Origin: Eledone cirrhosa
Taxonomy: Eukaryota
Reading direction: 5' to 3'
Assembly (NCBI GenBank): GCA_964016885.1
Contig: OZ024740.1
Coordinates: forward strand, 440,076,001-440,140,000
Length of the DNA: 64,000 nucleotides
Part shown: piece after piece, positions 50,001 through 61,738 of the stretch
How the letters are laid out: each line of letters opens with the position of its first letter
Numbering within the stretch: position 1 is the first letter of the stretch
Made by a program: the position numbers and the translations under genes
Notes under the pieces: generated by a model
The model's database searches: none
What the model was told of the DNA's origin: nothing
What the model saw: the letters and a program-made list of their open reading frames with translations, nothing else

Positions 50001-53000
50001 ATAACACCACAAGTCTGACATATATATAATAACACCACATGTCTGACATCTATATAATAACACCACATGTGTGACATCTATATAATGACACCATATGACT
50101 GACATCTATATAATAACAACACAAGTCTGACATCTATATAATAACACCACATGTCTGACATGTATATAATAACATCACAAATCTGACATCTATATAATAA
50201 CACCACATGTCTGACATCTATACAGTAACACCACAAGTCTGACATCTATATGATAACACCACAAGTCTGACATCTATATAATAACTCCAGATGTCTGATA
50301 TCTATACAATAACACCACAAGTCTGACATATATATAATAACACCACATGTCTGACATCTATATAATAACACCACATGTCTGACATCAATCTAATTACACC
50401 ACAAGCCTGACATCTATATAATAACACCACATGTCTGACATCTATATAATAACACCAGATGTCTGACATCTATATAATAACACCACATATCTGCCATCTA
50501 TATAATAACACAACATGTCTGGCATCTATATAATAACACCACAAGTCTGACATCTATATAATAACACCACAAGTCTGGGATCTATATAATAACACCACAA
50601 GTCTGATATCTATACAATAATACCACATGTCTGGCATCTATATAATAACACCACAAGTCTGACATCTATATAATAACACCACAAGTCTGACATCTATATA
50701 ATAACACCACAAGTCTGATATCTATACAATAATACCACATGTCTAACATCTATATAATAACACCACAGGTCTGATATCTATACAATAATACCACATGTCT
50801 AACATCTATATAATAACACCATATGTCTGACATCTATACAATAAAACCACATGTCTGACATCTATATAATAACACCACATATCTGCCATCTATATAATAA
50901 CACAACATGTCTGACATCTATATAATAACACCAGATATCTGACATCTATACAATAACACCACAAGTCTGCATCAATATAATAACACCAGATGTCTGAGAT
51001 CTATATAATAACACCACATGTGACATCTATACAATAACACCACAAGTCTGCATCTATATAATAACACCATATGTCTGACATCTATATAATAACACCACAT
51101 GTCTGACATCTATATAATAACACCACAAATCTGACATCTATATAATAACACCACATGTCTGACATCTATATAATAACACCACATGTCTGACATCTATATA
51201 ATAACACCAAAAGTCTGACATCTATACAATAACACCACATTCCTGACATCTATACAATAACACCACATTCCTGACATCTATATAATAACACATGTCTGAC
51301 ATCTATATAATAACACCACATGTCTGACATCTATATAATAACACCACAAGTCTGACATCTATATAATAACACCACGTGTCTGACATCTATATAATAACAC
51401 CGCATGTGACATCTATATAATAACACCACATGTCTGACAACTATAAATTAACACCACATGTCTGACATCTATATAATAACACCACAAATCTGACATCTAT
51501 ATAATAACAGCACAAGTCTGATATCTATATAATAACACCACGTGTTTGATATCTATATAATAACACCACAATTCTGACATCTATATAATAACACCACATG
51601 TCTGACATCTATATAATAACACCACATGTATGACATCTATATAATAACACAACATGTTTGACATCTATATAATAACACCAGATGTCTGACATCTATATAA
51701 TAACACAACATGTCTGACATCTATATAATAACACCACATGTCTGACATCTATATAATAACACCACAAGTCTGACATGTATATAATAACACCGCATGTCTG
51801 ACATCTATATAATAACACCACAAGTCTGACATCTCAATAATAACACCACATGTGTGACATTTATATAATAACACCACATGTCTGACATATATATAATAAC
51901 ACCACATGTCTTACATCTATATAATAACACCACAAGCCTGACATCTACATAATAACACCACAAGTCTGACATCTATACAATAATACCAAATGTCTGACAT
52001 ACATATAACACCAGATGTCTGACATCTATATAATAACACCACATGTGAAATCTATATAATAACACCACATGTCTGACATCTATATAATAACACCACATGT
52101 CTACCATCTATATAATAACACCACATGTCTGACATCTATATAATAACACCACAAGTCTGACATCTATATATTAACACCAGATGTCTGACATCTATATAAT
52201 AATACCACAAGTCTGACATCTATATAATAACACCAGATGTCTGACATCTATATAATAACACCACCTTTCTGCCATCTATATAATAACACCACATGTCTGA
52301 CATCTATATAATAACACCAGATGTCTGACATCTATATAATAACACCACATATCTGCCATCTATATAATAACACAACATGTCTGACATCTATATAATAACA
52401 CCAGATGTCTGACATCTATACAATAACACCACAAGTCTGCATCTATATAATAACACCATATGACTGACATCTATATAATAACACCACATGTGACATCTAT
52501 ATAATAACACCACATGTCTGACATCTATATAATAACACCACAAGTCTGACATCTATATAATAACACCACATGTCTGACATCTATATAATAACACCACATG
52601 TGTGACATATATATAATAACACCACATGTCTGACATCTATATAATAACACCACATGTGTGACATCTATATAATGACACCACATGTCTGACATCAATCTAA
52701 TAACACCACAAGTCTGACATCTATATAATAACACCACATTTCAGACATCTATATAATAACACCAGATGTCTGACATCTATATAATAACACCACATATCTG
52801 CCATCTATATAATAACACAACATGTCTGACATCTATATTTTAACACCAGATGTCTGACATCTATACAATAACACCACAAGTCTGCATCTATATAATAACA
52901 CCATATGACTGACATCTATATAATAACAACACAAGTGTGACATCTACATAATAACACCACATGTCTGACATCTATATAATAACATCACAAATCTGACATC

Positions 53001-54198
53001 TATATAATAACACCACATGTCTGACATCTATACAATAACACCACAAGTCTGACATCTATATGATAAAACCACAAGTCTGACATCTATATAATAACACCAG
53101 ATGTCTGACATCTATATAATAACACAACATGTCTGACATCTATATAATAACACCACATGTCTGACAGCTATGTAATAACACCACAAGTCTGACATGTATA
53201 TAATAACACCGCATGTCTGATATCTATACAATAACACCACACGTCTGACATATATATAATAACACCACATGTCTGACATCTATATAATAACACCACATGT
53301 GTGACATCTATATAATGACACCACATGTCTGACATCAATCTAATAACACCAGAAGTCTGACATCTATATAATAACACCACATGTCTGACATCTATATAAT
53401 AACATCACAAATCTGACATCTATATAATAACACCACATGTCTGACATCTATACAATAACACCACAAGTCTGACATCTATATGATAACACCACAAGTCTGA
53501 CATCTATATAATAACTCCAGATGTCTGATATCTATACAATAACACCACAAGTCTGACATATATATAATAACACCACATGTCTGACATCTATATAATAACA
53601 CCACATGTGTGACATCTATATAATGACACCATATGACTGACATCTATATAATAACAACACAAGTCTGACATCTATATAATAACACCACATGTCTGACATG
53701 TATATAATAACATCACAAATCTGACATCTATATAATAACACCACATGTCTGACATCTATACAGTAACACCACAAGTCTGACATCTATATGATAACACCAC
53801 AAGTCTGACATCTATATAATAACTCCAGATGTCTGATATCTATACAATAACACCACAAGTCTGACATATATATAATAACACCACATGTCTGACATCTATA
53901 TAATAACACCACATGTGTGACATCTATATAATGACACCACATGTCTGACATCAATCTAATTACACCACAAGCCTGACATCTATATAATAACACCACATGT
54001 CTGACATCTATATAATAACACCAGATGTCTGACATCTATATAATAACACCACATATCTGCCATCTATATAATAACACAACATGTCTGGCATCTATATAAT
54101 AACACCACAAGTCTGACATCTATATAATAACACCACAAGTCTGGGATCTATATAATAACACCACAAGTCTGATATCTATACAATAATACCACATGTCT
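47087..54198. repeat. Near-perfect tandem duplication, unit ~3538 bp (about 47087-50625 and 50626-54198)
   Basis: ORF pairs 48987/52525 and 49630/53168 are offset by 3538, as is acatctcaat 48291/51829. aagtctggga 50571/54137 is offset by 3566 after a one-monomer indel. Confidence 0.93.
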
Positions 54199-57100
54199 AA
54201 CATCTATATAATAACACCACAAGTCTGATATCTATACAATAATACCACATGTCTAACATCTATATAATAACACCATATGTCTGACATCTATACAATAAAA
54301 CCACATGTCTGACATCTATATAATAACACCACATATCTGCCATCTATATAATAACACAACATGTCTGACATCTATATAATAACACCAGATATCTGACATC
54401 TATACAATAACACCACAAGTCTGCATCTATATAATAACACCAGATGTCTGACATCTATATAATAACACCACATGTGACATCTATACAATAACACCACAAG
54501 TCTGCATCTATATAATAACACCATATGTCTGACATCTATATAATAACACCACATGTCTGACATCTATATAATAACACCACAAGTCTGACATCTATATAAT
54601 AACACCACATGTCTGACATCTATATAATAACACCACATGTCTGACATCTATATAATAACACCAAAATCTGACATCTATACAATAACACCACATTCCTGAC
54701 ATCTATATAATAACACATGTCTGACATCTATATAATAACACCACATGTCTGACATCTATATAATAACACCACAAGTCTGACATCTATATAATAACACCAC
54801 AAGTCTGACATCTATACAATAATACCACATGTCTAACATCTATATAATAACACCATATGTCTGACATCTATACAATAATACCACATGTCTGACATCTATA
54901 TAATAACACCACGTGTCTGACATCTATATAATAACACCGCATGTGACATCTATATAATAACACCACATGTCTGACAACTATAAATTAACACCACATGTCT
55001 GACATCTATATAATAACACCACAAATCTGACATCTATATAATAACACGACAAGTCTGACATCTATATAATAACAGCACAAGTCTGACATCTATATAATAA
55101 CACCACGTGTTTGATATCTATATAATAACACCACAATTCTGACATCTATATAATAACACCACATGTCTGACATCTATATAATAACACCACAAGTCTGACA
55201 TGTATATAATAACACCGCATGTCTGACACCTATATAATAACACCACATGTGTGACATTTATATAATAACACCACATGTCTGACATATATATTGTAACACC
55301 ACATGTCTTACATCTATATAATAACACCACAAGACTGACATCTACATAATAACACCACAAGTCTGACATCTATACAATAATACCAGATGTCTGACATATA
55401 TATAACACCAGATGTCTGACATCTATATAATAACACCACATGTGACATCTATATAATAACACCACATGTCTGACATCTATATAATAACACCACATGTCTA
55501 CCATCTATATAATAACACCACATGTCTGACATCTATATAATAACACCACAAGTCTGACATCTATATAATAACACCAGATGTCTGACATCTATATAATAAT
55601 ACCACAAGTCTGACATCTATATAATAACACCAGATGTCTGACATCTATATAATAACACCACCTTTCTGCCATCTATATAATAACGCCACATGTCTGACAT
55701 CTATAATATAACACCAGATGTCTGACATCTATATAATAACACCACATATCTGCCATCTATATAATAACACAACATGTCTGACATCTATATAATAACACCA
55801 GATGTCTGACATCTATACAATAACACCACAAGTCTGCATCTATATAATAACACCATATGACTGACATATATATAATAACACCACATGTGACATCTATATA
55901 ATAACACCACATGTCTGACATCTATATAATAACACCACAAGTCTGACATCTACATAATAACACCACATGTCTGACATCTATATAATAACACCACATGTGT
56001 GACATATATATAATAACACCACATGTCTGACATCTATATAATAACACCACATGGGTGACATCTATATAATGACACCACATGTCTGACATCAATCTAATAA
56101 CACCACAAGTCTGACATCTATATAATAACACCACATTTCAGACATCTATATAATAACACCAGATGTCTGACATCTATATAATAACACCACATATCTGCCA
56201 TCTATATAATAACACAACATGTCTGACATCTATATATTAACACCAGATGTCTGACATCTATATAATAACACCATATGTCTGGCATCTATATAATAACACC
56301 AAAAGTCTGACATCTATACAATAACACCACATTTCTGACATCTATATAATAACACATGTCTGACATCTATATAATAACACCACATGTCTGACATCTATAT
56401 AATAACACCACAAGTCTGACATCTATATAATAACACCACAAGTCTGACATCTATACACTAATACCACATGTCTAACATCTATATAATAACACCATATGTC
56501 TGACATCTATACAATAATACCACATGTCTGACATCTATATAATAACACCAGATGCCTGATATCTATATAATAACACCACATGTGGCATCTATATAATAAC
56601 ACCACAAGTCTGACATCTATATAATAACACCACAAATCTGACATCTATACATTAATACCACATGTCTGACATCTATATAATAACACCAGATGTCTGACAT
56701 CTATATAATAACACCACATGTGACATCTATATAATAACAGCACATGTCTGGCATCTATATAATAACACCACAAGTCTGACATCTATATAATAACACCACA
56801 TGTCTGACATCTATATAATAACACCACATGTGTGACATCTATATAATAACACCACATTTCTGACATCTATATAATAACACATGTCTGACATCTATATAAT
56901 AACACCACATGTCTGACATCTATATAATAACACCACAAGTCTGACATCTATATATTAACACCAGATGTCTGACATCTATATAATAATACCACAAGTCTGA
57001 CATCTATATAATAACACCAGATGTCTGACATCTATATAATAACACCACCTTTCTGCCATCTATATAATAACACCACATGTCTGACATCTATATAATAACA

Positions 57101-60100
57101 CCAGATGTCTGACATCTATATAATAACACCACATATCTGCCATCTATATAATAACACAACATGTCTGACATCTATATAATAACACCAGATGTCTGACATC
57201 TATACAATAACACCACAAGTCTGCATCTATATAATAACACCATATGACTGACATCTATATAATAACACCACATGTGACATCTATATAATAACACCACATG
57301 TCTGACATCTATATAATAACACCACAAGTCTGACATCTATATAATAACACCACATGTCTGACATCTATATAATAACACCACATGTGTGACATATATATAA
57401 TAACACCACATGTCTGACATCTATATAATAACACCACATGTGTGACATCTATATAATGACACCACATGTCTGACATCAATCTAATAACACCACAAGTCTG
57501 ACATCTATATAATAACACCACATTTCAGACATCTATATAATAACACCAGATGTCTGACATCTATATAATAACACCACATATCTGCCATCTATATAATAAC
57601 ACAACATGTCTGACATCTATATTTTAACACCAGATGTCTGACATCTATACAATAACACCACAAGTCTGCATCTATATAATAACACCATATGACTGACATC
57701 TATATAATAACAACACAAGTGTGACATCTACATAATAACACCACATGTCTGACATCTATATAATAACATCACAAATCTGACATCTATATAATAACACCAC
57801 ATGTCTGACATCTATACAATAACACCACAAGTCTGACATCTATATGATAAAACCACAAGTCTGACATCTATATAATAACACCAGATGTCTGACATCTATA
57901 TAATAACACAACATGTCTGACATCTATATAATAACACCACATGTCTGACAGCTATGTAATAACACCACAAGTCTGACATGTATATAATAACACCGCATGT
58001 CTGATATCTATACAATAACACCACACGTCTGACATATATATAATAACACCACATGTCTGACATCTATATAATAACACCACATGTGTGACATCTATATAAT
58101 GACACCACATGTCTGACATCAATCTAATAACACCAGAAGTCTGACATCTATATAATAACACCACATGTCTGACATCTATATAATAACATCACAAATCTGA
58201 CATCTATATAATAACACCACATGTCTGACATCTATACAATAACACCACAAGTCTGACATCTATATGATAACACCACAAGTCTGACATCTATATAATAACT
58301 CCAGATGTCTGATATCTATACAATAACACCACAAGTCTGACATATATATAATAACACCACATGTCTGACATCTATATAATAACACCACATGTGTGACATC
58401 TATATAATGACACCATATGACTGACATCTATATAATAACAACACAAGTCTGACATCTATATAATAACACCACATGTCTGACATGTATATAATAACATCAC
58501 AAATCTGACATCTATATAATAACACCACATGTCTGACATCTATACAGTAACACCACAAGTCTGACATCTATATGATAACACCACAAGTCTGACATCTATA
58601 TAATAACTCCAGATGTCTGATATCTATACAATAACACCACAAGTCTGACATATATATAATAACACCACATGTCTGACATCTATATAATAACACCACATGT
58701 GTGACATCTATATAATGACACCACATGTCTGACATCAATCTAATTACACCACAAGCCTGACATCTATATAATAACACCACATGTCTGACATCTATATAAT
58801 AACACCAGATGTCTGACATCTATATAATAACACCACATATCTGCCATCTATATAATAACACAACATGTCTGGCATCTATATAATAACACCACAAGTCTGA
58901 CATCTATATAATAACACCACAAGTCTGGGATCTATATAATAACACCACAAGTCTGATATCTATACAATAATACCACATGTCTAACATCTATATAATAACA
59001 CCACAAGTCTGATATCTATACAATAATACCACATGTCTAACATCTATATAATAACACCATATGTCTGACATCTATACAATAAAACCACATGTCTGACATC
59101 TATATAATAACACCACATATCTGCCATCTATATAATAACACAACATGTCTGACATCTATATAATAACACCAGATATCTGACATCTATACAATAACACCAC
59201 AAGTCTGCATCTATATAATAACACCAGATGTCTGACATCTATATAATAACACCACATGTGACATCTATACAATAACACCACAAGTCTGCATCTATATAAT
59301 AACACCATATGTCTGACATCTATATAATAACACCACATGTCTGACATCTATATAATAACACCACAAGTCTGACATCTATATAATAACACCACATGTCTGA
59401 CATCTATATAATAACACCACATGTCTGACATCTATATAATAACACCAAAATCTGACATCTATACAATAACACCACATTCCTGACATCTATATAATAACAC
59501 ATGTCTGACATCTATATAATAACACCACATGTCTGACATCTATATAATAACACCACAAGTCTGACATCTATATAATAACACCACAAGTCTGACATCTATA
59601 CAATAATACCACATGTCTAACATCTATATAATAACACCATATGTCTGACATCTATACAATAATACCACATGTCTGACATCTATATAATAACACCACGTGT
59701 CTGACATCTATATAATAACACCGCATGTGACATCTATATAATAACACCACATGTCTGACAACTATAAATTAACACCACATGTCTGACATCTATATAATAA
59801 CACCACAAATCTGACATCTATATAATAACACGACAAGTCTGACATCTATATAATAACAGCACAAGTCTGACATCTATATAATAACACCACGTGTTTGATA
59901 TCTATATAATAACACCACAATTCTGACATCTATATAATAACACCACATGTCTGACATCTATATAATAACACCACAAGTCTGACATGTATATAATAACACC
60001 GCATGTCTGACACCTATATAATAACACCACATGTGTGACATTTATATAATAACACCACATGTCTGACATATATATTGTAACACCACATGTCTTACATCTA

Positions 60101-61738
60101 TATAATAACACCACAAGACTGACATCTACATAATAACACCACAAGTCTGACATCTATACAATAATACCAGATGTCTGACATATATATAACACCAGATGTC
60201 TGACATCTATATAATAACACCACATGTGACATCTATATAATAACACCACATGTCTGACATCTATATAATAACACCACATGTCTACCATCTATATAATAAC
60301 ACCACATGTCTGACATCTATATAATAACACCACAAGTCTGACATCTATATAATAACACCAGATGTCTGACATCTATATAATAATACCACAAGTCTGACAT
60401 CTATATAATAACACCAGATGTCTGACATCTATATAATAACACCACCTTTCTGCCATCTATATAATAACGCCACATGTCTGACATCTATAATATAACACCA
60501 GATGTCTGACATCTATATAATAACACCACATATCTGCCATCTATATAATAACACAACATGTCTGACATCTATATAATAACACCAGATGTCTGACATCTAT
60601 ACAATAACACCACAAGTCTGCATCTATATAATAACACCATATGACTGACATATATATAATAACACCACATGTGACATCTATATAATAACACCACATGTCT
60701 GACATCTATATAATAACACCACAAGTCTGACATCTACATAATAACACCACATGTCTGACATCTATATAATAACACCACATGTGTGACATATATATAATAA
60801 CACCACATGTCTGACATCTATATAATAACACCACATGGGTGACATCTATATAATGACACCACATGTCTGACATCAATCTAATAACACCACAAGTCTGACA
60901 TCTATATAATAACACCACATTTCAGACATCTATATAATAACACCAGATGTCTGACATCTATATAATAACACCACATATCTGCCATCTATATAATAACACA
61001 ACATGTCTGACATCTATATATTAACACCAGATGTCTGACATCTATATAATAACACCATATGTCTGGCATCTATATAATAACACCAAAAGTCTGACATCTA
61101 TACAATAACACCACATTTCTGACATCTATATAATAACACATGTCTGACATCTATATAATAACACCACATGTCTGACATCTATATAATAACACCACAAGTC
61201 TGACATCTATATAATAACACCACAAGTCTGACATCTATACACTAATACCACATGTCTAACATCTATATAATAACACCATATGTCTGACATCTATACAATA
61301 ATACCACATGTCTGACATCTATATAATAACACCAGATGCCTGATATCTATATAATAACACCACATGTGGCATCTATATAATAACACCACAAGTCTGACAT
61401 CTATATAATAACACCACAAATCTGACATCTATACATTAATACCACATGTCTGACATCTATATAATAACACCAGATGTCTGACATCTATATAATAACACCA
61501 CATGTGACATCTATATAATAACAGCACATGTCTGGCATCTATATAATAACACCACAAGTCTGACATCTATATAATAACACCACATGTCTGACATCTATAT
61601 AATAACACCACATGTGTGACATCTATATAATAACACCACATTTCTGACATCTATATAATAACACATGTCTGACATCTATATAATAACACCACATGTCTGA
61701 CATCTATATAATAACACCACAAGTCTGACATCTATATA
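52105..61738. repeat. Near-perfect tandem duplication, unit 4784 bp (about 52105-56888 and 56889-61738), overlapping the 3538-bp duplication
   Basis: Six ORF pairs are offset by exactly 4784 with identical translations (52525/57309 through 55922/60706). The 1-bp deletion ccaaaatctg is shared at 54661/59445. Confidence 0.95.
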
